DNA of 45,140 nucleotides, from positions 1-45,140 of the IMG/VR virus record IMGVR_UViG_3300043432_000417; one strand, given 5' to 3'. The position numbers and the translations under genes are program-made. This DNA comes from a virus. Lineage: Duplodnaviria > Caudoviricetes. Positions 1 to 7,944 of this stretch are shown one piece after another. The notes under the pieces are model-generated. The model was not told where the DNA came from, did not search any database, and worked only from the letters and a program-made list of their open reading frames with translations. Each line of letters starts with the position of its first letter. Within the stretch, counting starts at the first letter, position 1.

Positions 1-62
1 CTCAACTTCCCCCACACTGTCAGAGGGGGGTCTATGTAGATTGCGCTTGACTTGCGGCGACA

Positions 63-395
63 TCATCGCGCGTCCTTTGTGTGATTGCGTTCGAGCTCTA
101 TCCAGCTACGGATACGAATGGGCATCGCGTCGATCTTGAGCATCAACGACGCAACGCGATGACAGACATTGCAGAGAAGCACATGCAATGCGACGGGAGC
201 TTTGATGGCGTAGAGTCCGCGGGTCTTCGGTGCGCTCAAGCAAAACGCGCATCGATTGAATTGGAGATCGCGACGATGCTTGTACTCCGCAAGCGTCCAA
301 CCGATGCGACGTAGCCTTCGATTGCGTTCGCGCTCTCGTTCGTTCGCAAAGACGGCATCGCGTCGACGCTTCCTTGCAGGCGCCTGTACTCTCAT
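63..395 (-). CDS. Endonuclease VII-like zinc-binding protein, catalytic motif apparently degenerate
   Basis: GWTLAEY...LQFNRCAFC...LLCNVCH matches the EndoVII scaffold (Q.grCaiC...LLC..CN), but the DHDH motif is absent. Confidence 0.55.
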   Translation of the reverse strand: MRVQAPARKRRRDAVFANERERERNRRLRRIGWTLAEYKHRRDLQFNRCAFCLSAPKTRGLYAIKAPVALHVLLCNVCHRVASLMLKIDAMPIRIRSWIELERNHTKDAR

Positions 396-586
396 GACCG
401 GTTCCTTTCATGAGCGGTTCCTAAGTCTTGGGAACAGGAACCGGTGCCGAGTGTGATGTGTCTCCAACGACTGGTATCCCGTGCATATCCCCTAAAGGGA
501 TATATGCACACGGGAACCAGTCGATTGAGAGTCACACTACGACCAGTTCCCGGCACAAGAGTATATGGGGCAAGGTGGGGAACCAT
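392..586 (-). CDS. Possible short ORF (MVPHLAPY...) spanning the palindromic region
   Basis: ATG overlaps the helicase stop (TAATG) and its stop overlaps the next ATG (ATGA); composition atypical, so it may not be a real protein. Confidence 0.3.
   Translation of the reverse strand: MVPHLAPYTLVPGTGRSVTLNRLVPVCIYPFRGYARDTSRWRHITLGTGSCSQDLGTAHERNRS
451..537. repeat. Long imperfect inverted repeat with GGAAC(C) motifs, putative replication origin
   Basis: CGACTGGTATCCCGTG (468-483) vs CACGGGAACCAGTCG (509-523); inner arms around a CTAAA loop; outer GTGTGA/TCACAC; directly downstream of the helicase. Confidence 0.7.
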
Positions 587-2181
587 TAGACCGCCCTCCA
601 GGTCATCGCATTGCGTGGGCCCTTCGTGCCAACGACGAGCGGCCCGCCGTTTCGCTGTGGGCGAGCCAGGTCTTCGAGCGCCGAAAGGAACGTCGTGCGA
701 CGCATCTTCTCGCATCGTTCGTAGAGCTGGTTGGAGCTCGAGCCCGGGTTAGCCTTGACGAGCTCGAGCACGCGCATGCAGGTTTGCTCGAAGGCTTGCG
801 CGCGGTCGACGGGCGTCTTGCGCTCGGTGAATTCGCGCGCGTAGCGCTCGGCGTCGACGTGGAGCACTTCGAGCCCCCACTTCGGGCGGATGGGCTCATC
901 GTCGAGCAAGAGATTGCGCGGCTTCTCGACGTCGAGAAACATCAAGTAGAAGTCGTCGAGCGTTTGGCCGTCGGTCGGCGCTTTCTCGTGCGAGACCTTG
1001 ACGGGCTTCTTCTTACCCGTCGATTGCAGGATGAGCACCGAGTCGGCCGAGCCGAAGATCGCGCCCGAGCCCCGAAGCAAATCCTTCGCAGGGCGTTGGT
1101 GCTTTTGTTGCGCACCGGGCTTGCTCGTATGGTGAATCACGAGAAACGTGCACCCCGTTCGCTCCGAGACGCGCATGAGTTGAAGAAGAAGGCGACCCAT
1201 GTGCTCGCTCTTCTCTTCGGTGCGGCGAATGAATCCGACAAGCGCATCGACGACGCACAATTTGTATCCACGCACGAGCCGCGCGAGCTTCGCATCGGCC
1301 GCGTCGTCGTCGAGATGAAGCTTCGGGAAGTTGGCGACCTTGAGCTTGCCCTTGAGCGCGTCGACGGGAAGCTTCATCGCTCGACGAAGACGTCGATAGC
1401 GGCGCTTCGCGAGCTTGCCGGATTGGTCGTAGTTCAGGTGAAGGACGGGCCCCGTCGTCTCGACGCGGTAGACACCCCATACGTCGCGCCCCGTGGCGAT
1501 CGAGATGGCGAGCGATTGCGCGATGACGCTCTTTCCGGTGTACGAATCGCCCCCGATGAGCGTCGTGCGCCCTTCCCCAATGCGAAGGGCAGGCACGAGG
1601 AATTTGTCATCATCATCGTTCGCATCGTCATCCGAATCATCGACGTCTTCGAGCTCGATGGCGTCGGGCCCGATGGCGGCAAGTTGCTCGAGCTCGGTCG
1701 ATGCCGCCGTGAGAAACGCCTTCGTGTCATCGATGCGCCCGTAGCCTTCCGCCGAGATGCGGGCGGCTTTCGCGATGAGCTGGCGGCGAAGCCAGGAGTC
1801 GACGATGAGCCGCGCGTACTTCTCGAGAAACGCGACCGCCGGCGCTTCGTTCATCACTTCGGCGAGATGGTCGATGCCGCCGACTTGAAGAAGGCGATCT
1901 TTCTCGCGAAGCTCGGTCGCCACGTGGACGACGTCCGTCGGTTTGCCGGCGAGGTAAAGATTGAGCTCGGCTTCGTAGATGCGCCGATTGGCTTCCGAGA
2001 AGAAGTGCTCGGGACGAAGCATCGCGACGACTTGGTCGAGCGCATGGGTGCCTTCCTTTCGCTCGGCGTGCGAAAGCATGATCGCGGAAAGCACAGCACG
2101 CTCGGCTTCGATGTTGTGTGGCGGGATTCGCCCATCGACGAGCTTCGGGCCCGAGCGTCCACCGTCGTTTGGTTGCGCCAT
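586..2181 (-). CDS. Replicative helicase: DnaB N-terminal domain fused to a RecA-fold AAA_25/RepA-like ATPase
   Basis: PPHNIEAERAVLSAIM (DnaB-N); Walker A GDSYTGKS; Walker B LCVVDAL; VIHHTSK; LRGSGAIFGSAD. Confidence 0.85.
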   Translation of the reverse strand: MAQPNDGGRSGPKLVDGRIPPHNIEAERAVLSAIMLSHAERKEGTHALDQVVAMLRPEHFFSEANRRIYEAELNLYLAGKPTDVVHVATELREKDRLLQVGGIDHLAEVMNEAPAVAFLEKYARLIVDSWLRRQLIAKAARISAEGYGRIDDTKAFLTAASTELEQLAAIGPDAIELEDVDDSDDDANDDDDKFLVPALRIGEGRTTLIGGDSYTGKSVIAQSLAISIATGRDVWGVYRVETTGPVLHLNYDQSGKLAKRRYRRLRRAMKLPVDALKGKLKVANFPKLHLDDDAADAKLARLVRGYKLCVVDALVGFIRRTEEKSEHMGRLLLQLMRVSERTGCTFLVIHHTSKPGAQQKHQRPAKDLLRGSGAIFGSADSVLILQSTGKKKPVKVSHEKAPTDGQTLDDFYLMFLDVEKPRNLLLDDEPIRPKWGLEVLHVDAERYAREFTERKTPVDRAQAFEQTCMRVLELVKANPGSSSNQLYERCEKMRRTTFLSALEDLARPQRNGGPLVVGTKGPRNAMTWRAV

Positions 2182-2921
2182 CACCGATCGGCCCATGAGA
2201 TTTCGATGAAGACGCCGCACACCTTCGGCTTGCCCGAGTGCATTTGTTCGTAGAACACCGGTACGAGCTCGGGGTGCTTGCCCTCGATTGAGAATTGCGC
2301 GTCGTCGAGATTGAGCGCCTTCGCGGTGCCGTCGCGCACGTACTTCATCGCGCCGATGATGCCGTCATCGTCGCCGATGTTGCCGCTTGATACGCGCGTC
2401 CACGTGATGCGCGTCGGGCGCTTCTTCCACATCTCGACGCCGAGAAGACGCTTGATGCCTTGAATGACGCCGGCCTTCGAGCGCTCGCGGCACCGCACGT
2501 TGCCCATGCGGATGCCCATCGACGCGCGGCGCATCATCTTCGCGTGATACGGGTTGCTCTCGTCTTCTTTCACGCCCATCGCGCGCATGAATTCGTTCGG
2601 TCGCTTCGTCTTGAGCTGCGAGATGTAGACGACGAGATCGCCGTCATCGAGCGCCGCCCAACCCATGTCGATGCCGGTCTTCGTGTCGGGCGACATCAAA
2701 ACGATCGCGTCGCTCGGTGGCCGAAGGTCTTCGGGGATGTCGACGGGCACGCGACCGCGGGGCTTGAAGCGCTTGCATCCACATCCACGCGGGCATGGGC
2801 CCTTGTGCTTGTCGTGGCCGCACTTGCAGATTACCGGCTTCGGCTTCTTCGCGCGTTTCTTGGCTTCGACGTCGATGCCGAGCGCGCGAAGAGCGAGTTG
2901 CGAAGCGTCATCCGCCGACAT
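2181..2921 (-). CDS. RusA-like Holliday junction resolvase with N-terminal Cys/His-rich segment
   Basis: DDDGIIGAMKYVRDG...LNLDDAQF resembles the RusA D.DN...K...D......DD motif; adjacent to the helicase. Confidence 0.6.
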   Translation of the reverse strand: MSADDASQLALRALGIDVEAKKRAKKPKPVICKCGHDKHKGPCPRGCGCKRFKPRGRVPVDIPEDLRPPSDAIVLMSPDTKTGIDMGWAALDDGDLVVYISQLKTKRPNEFMRAMGVKEDESNPYHAKMMRRASMGIRMGNVRCRERSKAGVIQGIKRLLGVEMWKKRPTRITWTRVSSGNIGDDDGIIGAMKYVRDGTAKALNLDDAQFSIEGKHPELVPVFYEQMHSGKPKVCGVFIEISWADR

Positions 2922-3117
2922 CGGGCACCGTCGGCGCTCGAGCGGCATCGGATTTCAAGAGGCGACGCGGGCGAGCGTCGGCAGGATGGATCGTGCGGTG
3001 GATGCGATGCACGCGAACCTTTCGGCCTTCGCGCTCGGTCCACTCGTATCGATGATCCTTGCGAGCTCGACCCCACGGCGAGGGATCGATCGGAAGCACG
3101 GCCACGTTTTGACTCAT
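2908..3117 (-). CDS. Hypothetical protein
   Basis: Fills the gap in the minus-strand operon; GAGG upstream. Confidence 0.45.
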   Translation of the reverse strand: MSQNVAVLPIDPSPWGRARKDHRYEWTEREGRKVRVHRIHRTIHPADARPRRLLKSDAARAPTVPDVGG

Positions 3118-3127
3118 CGGAATCGCC

Positions 3128-3667
3128 TCACTTCACAGGTGGAAGTTTCGTCAGAAGGTCTCTCAGGATCGCCGCCCGCCACTCGGCGACGGGGCACGGA
3201 TGCTTGCCACATCCGGCGTAGCCGCTCATGGGATGGTCGGGATCGAGGTTTCGCGACCAAAGCATCGCGGTTCGCGCGGCGTCGATGCACTTCGAGGGCT
3301 CTTGCTCGAGCTCGTCGGCCGTGTACGGCGTGAAAGCGAAGTGAACGCCAAAGGAGCACGCCGCGCGCCCGCCGTCGCCGCGCTTGGGCTTGTCGTCGTA
3401 GCGCGATTCGCCCCATGCCCAAAGAAGGCCGTGCACGAGCTCGACGCGCACATCGGAAAGGAGCGGCGTCGACGTGGCGGCTCGAGCCCACGCGTCGATC
3501 CATGTGGCCGACGGCTTGGGGAGCGCGAGCGGATCGACGATGGCGATGCACGCCGGCGAGCTCGGCCGGCCCTCGCACTCGATGCGAAGGCGCGACCGCT
3601 CGTATTCCGCCGCGACGAGCTGCGCGTTGGCAGAGAGCCAGGCGACCGCGATGGCGTGCGCAATCAT
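3128..3667 (-). CDS. Putative lysozyme-fold (transglycosylase-like) protein with hydrophobic N-terminus
   Basis: LLWAWGESRY...GDGGRAACSFGVH resembles the SLT E-S...GD.G.a.g..Q motif; ATGA-coupled. Confidence 0.45.
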   Translation of the reverse strand: MIAHAIAVAWLSANAQLVAAEYERSRLRIECEGRPSSPACIAIVDPLALPKPSATWIDAWARAATSTPLLSDVRVELVHGLLWAWGESRYDDKPKRGDGGRAACSFGVHFAFTPYTADELEQEPSKCIDAARTAMLWSRNLDPDHPMSGYAGCGKHPCPVAEWRAAILRDLLTKLPPVK

Positions 3668-3942
3668 TCGGCGGCTTCTTCGCCTTCGTCGTCCGATTCG
3701 GAAGCGTCGCGCACCTTGACGGCATCCTTCGATTCGAGCGTGATGGCGAATTCGCCATCGTTGTAGGTCTCGAGATGCTTCTTCTTCATCGCTTCGATGA
3801 GCGCCGACTTCTTCTCTATGAGCTTCGTCGTCGTCTTGCGATGCGCATCGCGCGCGTCGACGTAGGCTTCGGCCTTCGACGCGATTTCCTTGTCGCGCTT
3901 CGGCTCGGTGTGCGGGAGATCTTGTTGTCTCGGCATGGTCAT
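3664..3942 (-). CDS. Hypothetical coiled-coil protein with acidic tail
   Basis: AAGGAG RBS; ATGA overlaps at both ends. Confidence 0.65.
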   Translation of the reverse strand: MTMPRQQDLPHTEPKRDKEIASKAEAYVDARDAHRKTTTKLIEKKSALIEAMKKKHLETYNDGEFAITLESKDAVKVRDASESDDEGEEAAE

Positions 3943-4199
3943 GCTCCTTTTGCAGTGAACGGTTTCACGGCTTTCGCATCGTTCGGGATCCACGATTCAA
4001 TCGGCACGGCGTTCTTCGTCCACTCGGCGATGCCATGGGCGAAGCGAATACCCGGCGTTGAATTGCCGTTGACCCATTGCGAGACCGCCATCGCCGTCAC
4101 ACCGAGCGCGATCGCCAGTTCAGTCTGCGATGTGTGGTGTTCAGTGAGAAACCGGCGGAGCAGTTCAGCGCCCCTCGCCTGTTCAGGCTTCTTCGCCAT
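3939..4199 (-). CDS. Cro/CI-like XRE helix-turn-helix regulator
   Basis: SQTELAIALGVTAMAVSQWVNGNSTP; first gene of the leftward unit. Confidence 0.85.
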   Translation of the reverse strand: MAKKPEQARGAELLRRFLTEHHTSQTELAIALGVTAMAVSQWVNGNSTPGIRFAHGIAEWTKNAVPIESWIPNDAKAVKPFTAKGA

Positions 4200-4206
4200 G
4201 CCCTGA

Positions 4207-4256
4207 GAACTAGACGCTAAAGAAAAGTTGCGCAAGGTAAAAAGTAATTGTACCGT
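4207..4256. promoter_or_regulatory. Divergent sigma70-like promoter pair sharing the palindrome TTGCGCAA as overlapping -35 boxes
   Basis: Rightward TTGCGC(4228)-17 nt-TACCGT(4251); leftward TTGCGC(4235-4230)-17 nt-TAGTTC(4212-4207); AT-rich gap between divergent genes. Confidence 0.65.
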
Positions 4257-4286
4257 GGTTTCTCGTTCAGTAAGGAGATCGCGCCC

Positions 4287-4466
4287 ATGAAGACCATCAA
4301 GCTCACGAAGACGGACGTCACGCACCTCATGTGCATCGGATGCGGCGGCTTCGGCGCCGAGCTCGCCATCGCGCCCGACGCGAGCGACGACGGGCCCGAG
4401 CCGCAAGCGGGCGTGCACAAGAAGTGCGCGAAGGCGATGCACGTGAAGAAGTCGGTGTCGTCGTGA
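4287..4466 (+). CDS. Small Cys/His-containing hypothetical protein
   Basis: AAGGAG RBS; CIGC...HKKC. Confidence 0.6.
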   Translation: MKTIKLTKTDVTHLMCIGCGGFGAELAIAPDASDDGPEPQAGVHKKCAKAMHVKKSVSS

Positions 4467-4693
4467 AACGAGATGCGAACAGTCCGACCGCGCAAACGCG
4501 AGCACGGGAACTCACCGCCGAATGCACCGACCTTCGACAGCGGCTCGAAGAAAAGAAGCAGGACGTATCCGAATTCTGCGCACGCGTGATTGAACTCGAA
4601 GCGCGACTCGATGCAATCCGTCGCATTGCTGAGATCGTAGGGCCGGAAAAAGAGCAGCTTCTCATCATTAGCGCAATCGCGAGCTCGTCGTGA
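4463..4693 (+). CDS. Hypothetical coiled-coil protein
   Basis: GTGA overlap with the upstream stop; heptad-like sequence. Confidence 0.55.
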   Translation: MKRDANSPTAQTRARELTAECTDLRQRLEEKKQDVSEFCARVIELEARLDAIRRIAEIVGPEKEQLLIISAIASSS

Positions 4694-4779
4694 GCGTCTT
4701 CGATTTCTGCGCGTGCTTCTTCGCCGCGGGCGCCGTCGTCGCCGTGCTCGCTGCGATCATGCGAAGGGTGAGCTCGTGA
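4690..4779 (+). CDS. Small hydrophobic membrane peptide (29 aa)
   Basis: VSVFDFCACFFAAGAVVAVLAAIMRRVSS; GTGA-coupled at both ends. Confidence 0.4.
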   Translation: MSVFDFCACFFAAGAVVAVLAAIMRRVSS

Positions 4780-5009
4780 GCCCCGACGAGATTCGCGCCG
4801 TCCTTCTCTCGAGCGCGCGTGCCGATGCCCGCGTGCTCATCACCAACACGCGAAACGGTTCCGAGTGCATCGCCGTCGGGATCGTCAAGAGCCTTTCAAC
4901 AACGCACGTCGTCGTGTCGTGGATGACGGGCGAAACGATCGTGCCGCTCGCGAGCATCACCGACGTGACGGTGCAGCGACGAGATAACCGAGACACGCAA
5001 CCCAAGTAG
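4776..5009 (+). CDS. Hypothetical beta-rich protein (possibly Sm-like fold)
   Basis: GTGA-coupled; GIVKSLSTTHVVVSW...IVPLASITDV. Confidence 0.5.
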   Translation: MSPDEIRAVLLSSARADARVLITNTRNGSECIAVGIVKSLSTTHVVVSWMTGETIVPLASITDVTVQRRDNRDTQPK

Positions 5010-5019
5010 GAGCGCGACC

Positions 5020-5184
5020 ATGGCAGACAACAAAGAGAATCCCGATCGCGAATTTCTCGCGCTTCGGACCATCAACAAATTGCTCGGCAAGTTGAGCAAG
5101 GCCGAAGTCGAGCGCGTCTTGACGTACATCGCCGAGAAGTACGGCTTCGACATCATCGACGCGAAAAGAGGAGAAGGATCATGA
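5020..5184 (+). CDS. Hypothetical protein (54 aa, MADNKENPDREF...)
   Basis: AGGAG RBS; ATGA overlap with the RecT-like gene. Confidence 0.55.
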   Translation: MADNKENPDREFLALRTINKLLGKLSKAEVERVLTYIAEKYGFDIIDAKRGEGS

Positions 5185-6065
5185 CCGACACGAAAGCAGT
5201 GGAGACCCCGAAGATCGGACCGAAGCAAGACGCGCTCGCGAAGGTGACCACCGCCGCGGTGGCGGCGATCGCGCATGAAGAAGCATTTCGCATCGCCTTC
5301 GAGCCCGCCAACTTCCAAGAAGGCTTCGAGCTCGCGAAGATGTTCGCGACGATCGGCTTCGCGAAGTGCACGACGCCGGGCGAAGCGATGAGCCGCATGA
5401 TGGCCGGTCGCGCGCTCGGTCTCTCGGCCGTCCAATCGATGAAGGGCATCTTTCTCGTCGACGGCATGCCCGGTCTCGAAGCAACGCTCATGCACGCGCT
5501 CTGCCTTGCGCATCCCGAGATCGACTACTTCGAAGCCGATCCGACGGCGCCCCAGAACGGCGACGAAGTGAACTGGCGCGCGAAGCGTCGCGGTCGTCCC
5601 GAGCAAAAGCTCAAGTGGACCATCAAGCAAGCCGAGCGCGCCGGGCTCTTGAAGAAAGACAACTGGCAGAAGGATCCCTTCGCCATGCTGAACGCTCGAT
5701 GCAAGGCCGCGCTCGCGCGGCTCACCTGCCCCGAAGCGATTCACGGCATGCACACGCCCGACGAGCTCGCGAACCGCGAAGCCATCGAGACGACGGGCGA
5801 GCTCGTGCCCGAGAAGGTCGAAGGCGTCGTCGTGCAGGCGCCTGCACGCGACTGGCGCGCGGAAGCCGACGCCATCAAGGCAAAGATCGTCGCGGCGTCG
5901 ACCGACGACGAGAAGGGTGAAGCGCGCAAGCTCGCCCGCGGCTTCGAGGGCCCCGACGAGATGAAGAAAGAGCTCTCGGATGAGTACAACGCGCGCCACT
6001 CGAAGAAGGCGGCGAAGACCGAGCCCACCACACAAGCGACGCTTCCGACGGGAGACCCAAAATGA
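5181..6065 (+). CDS. RecT/Redbeta-like single-strand annealing protein
   Basis: GRALGLSAVQSM.GI..VDG.P...WTIKQAERAGL..KDNWQKDP.AML.AR...ARL..PE...G.HTPDEL; next to an exonuclease. Confidence 0.75.
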   Translation: MTDTKAVETPKIGPKQDALAKVTTAAVAAIAHEEAFRIAFEPANFQEGFELAKMFATIGFAKCTTPGEAMSRMMAGRALGLSAVQSMKGIFLVDGMPGLEATLMHALCLAHPEIDYFEADPTAPQNGDEVNWRAKRRGRPEQKLKWTIKQAERAGLLKKDNWQKDPFAMLNARCKAALARLTCPEAIHGMHTPDELANREAIETTGELVPEKVEGVVVQAPARDWRAEADAIKAKIVAASTDDEKGEARKLARGFEGPDEMKKELSDEYNARHSKKAAKTEPTTQATLPTGDPK

Positions 6066-6304
6066 GCGAGCCTATTCTTCAGTTCTTCGCGTACGCCCAT
6101 CTCCCGCCGGACCTCCAAGCGGTGAGCAAACCCTTTTGCGAGCTCGCGCACGCGATCGCGCTGGGTGACAACGTTCCGGAAAGCGGCACGTGCACCTTCG
6201 GGCCCCCGCTCCCGCGCAATCCCGAGCGCACCGTTGCACTTCGCAAGCTTCTCGAAGCGAAAGACGCCGCCGTGCGCGCGATGCTCTTCAAGGATCCGAC
6301 GTGA
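6062..6304 (+). CDS. Conserved small phage protein, possible Acb2/Tad1-like helical hairpin
   Basis: FFAYAHLPPDLQAVSKPF..LA...LPRNPERTVALRKLLEAKDAAVRA. Confidence 0.6.
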   Translation: MSEPILQFFAYAHLPPDLQAVSKPFCELAHAIALGDNVPESGTCTFGPPLPRNPERTVALRKLLEAKDAAVRAMLFKDPT

Positions 6305-7431
6305 TCCTCACTGCCTCTTCGCTCGAGCGCGCCGAAGCATGCCCGGCGTCCTTCTGGCTTCCGCAAATTCGGAAGCTCACACCGGACGCCGAGCGCGGCA
6401 CGTCGATCCATGCCTTCGTCCGTCGCGTGCTCGCCGGCGCGACGGTCGAAGCATCGCTCGCTCACCTTCCCGAAGAGCTTCGCGACTGCGCTAGAGCGAT
6501 CGACTTCCGAAAGCTCGGCGGCGATCTTCTCGATGTGCGCGCCGAAGCCGCGTACCTCTACAACGTCGAGACCGGCGAAGCGTCGTTTCTCGGTCTCAAC
6601 ATCGACCGCGAGTACGAGCAAAAGGCCGCCGAGCTCGGCGTTGACATCTCACCGATGCACATCGGCGTGAGCGTCGACTTCGAGGGCAAGACCTTCCAAG
6701 ACATCCCGGTCGCGAACGAAATCAAGACGGGCAACGAAGTCGAAGCGTGCGCCGAGAATCGGCAAGTGCATGTCGAGACCATCGTGCAGCACGCGGCGAC
6801 GGGGCGCGAAGAAGTCGAAGCGCGCGTGCTCTACATTCGGCCGAGCGGCAAGGTCTTCATCGATCCACACGTCTTCACGCTCATCGAGCTCGAAGACATC
6901 CAAGACGATCTTCTCGAGATTCATCACGGCGTGTATCGCGCAAAGGGCGAAGTGCGCGCGTCGATGTCGGGCTCGGGCACGCTTCAACTTTCTCCCGGCG
7001 ATCACTGCCGCTATTGCCCGGCGTTTCCCGTGTGCCCCGCGCAAACCGCGATGGTGCGGGCGATGTCGAGCGATGTGTCGGCGATCGCCGGCGCGCTCGC
7101 GACGATGAGCCCGGCCGAGAAGGGCATGGCGCACGTGAAAGAGCGTCACTTCCGCACGCTTCTCGACGTCGTGCACGACGCGCTCAAGCTCGACGCGCGG
7201 CAAGAGCCCATCCCGCTTCCCGACGGCAAGGAGCTTCGAGAGATCGTCTTTCCGAAAGAGTATTTCAATCGACAAGACGCACTCGCGCTTCTTCGCACGA
7301 AGGGCGCCACCGAAGAGGAGATCAAAGCGCTCTACCAAGAGCGCGAAGAAAGCCAGGTGCGAGCGCTCAAGAAGCCGAAGCCCGGCGAGACGCTGAAGAA
7401 GCCACGCCGACTCAAGGAAGCCGGTACGTGA
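6301..7431 (+). CDS. Cas4/RecB-like PD-(D/E)XK exonuclease
   Basis: N-terminal ACPAS Cys; GTSIHA; SVD...ANEIKTG...Q; C-terminal PGDHCRYCPAFPVCP Cys cluster. Confidence 0.75.
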   Translation: MILTASSLERAEACPASFWLPQIRKLTPDAERGTSIHAFVRRVLAGATVEASLAHLPEELRDCARAIDFRKLGGDLLDVRAEAAYLYNVETGEASFLGLNIDREYEQKAAELGVDISPMHIGVSVDFEGKTFQDIPVANEIKTGNEVEACAENRQVHVETIVQHAATGREEVEARVLYIRPSGKVFIDPHVFTLIELEDIQDDLLEIHHGVYRAKGEVRASMSGSGTLQLSPGDHCRYCPAFPVCPAQTAMVRAMSSDVSAIAGALATMSPAEKGMAHVKERHFRTLLDVVHDALKLDARQEPIPLPDGKELREIVFPKEYFNRQDALALLRTKGATEEEIKALYQEREESQVRALKKPKPGETLKKPRRLKEAGT

Positions 7432-7931
7432 CGGATGCAAAGCCCCGCACCCCCGAAGAAGAAGAGCGCGCGTTTCGCATCGCGATCTTCAAAGTGCTCG
7501 AGCGCATCGCATCGGCGCTCGAGCGCGCCCATCCGGCGCCGCGCGAGCAATCACTCGATCTCGATGGCAAGTACGGCGATCCGAAGGTGCGCTTCAAGCC
7601 GCGCGATTGGACGGGCGACTATACGAAGGGGCAATTGTGCTCGAGCTCGCCGCCCGAGCTTCTTGACCTCTACGCGCAAGCGCTCGAGCACTTCGCCTCG
7701 AAGGCCGACGACACGGCCGACGGCCAGAAGAAGAAGCGATACGACGAGCTCGACGCCGCTCGGGCTCGAGCATGGGCGAAGCGGCATCGCGCGGGGTGGA
7801 AACCTGCGTCGAGCCCTACGCGCACCGGATGGGAAGCGCCGGCCATCGGCTCGAGCGCCGCGCCCGTCGACGAGCCTCCCTTTGCCGATACGAGCGACTT
7901 GGATGATGAACCGATAGACGAACCCATTTGA
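7428..7931 (+). CDS. Hypothetical protein with SSB-like acidic C-terminal tail
   Basis: GTGA-coupled; ends ...DTSDLDDEPIDEPI; located in the recombination module. Confidence 0.55.
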   Translation: MTDAKPRTPEEEERAFRIAIFKVLERIASALERAHPAPREQSLDLDGKYGDPKVRFKPRDWTGDYTKGQLCSSSPPELLDLYAQALEHFASKADDTADGQKKKRYDELDAARARAWAKRHRAGWKPASSPTRTGWEAPAIGSSAAPVDEPPFADTSDLDDEPIDEPI

Positions 7932-7944
7932 CAGGAGACCGACC

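Noticed and set aside
6301-7431. Cas4-like gene as evidence of a CRISPR-Cas system
   Set aside because: No repeat-spacer array or other cas genes seen; it sits with a RecT-like gene as a phage recombination exonuclease
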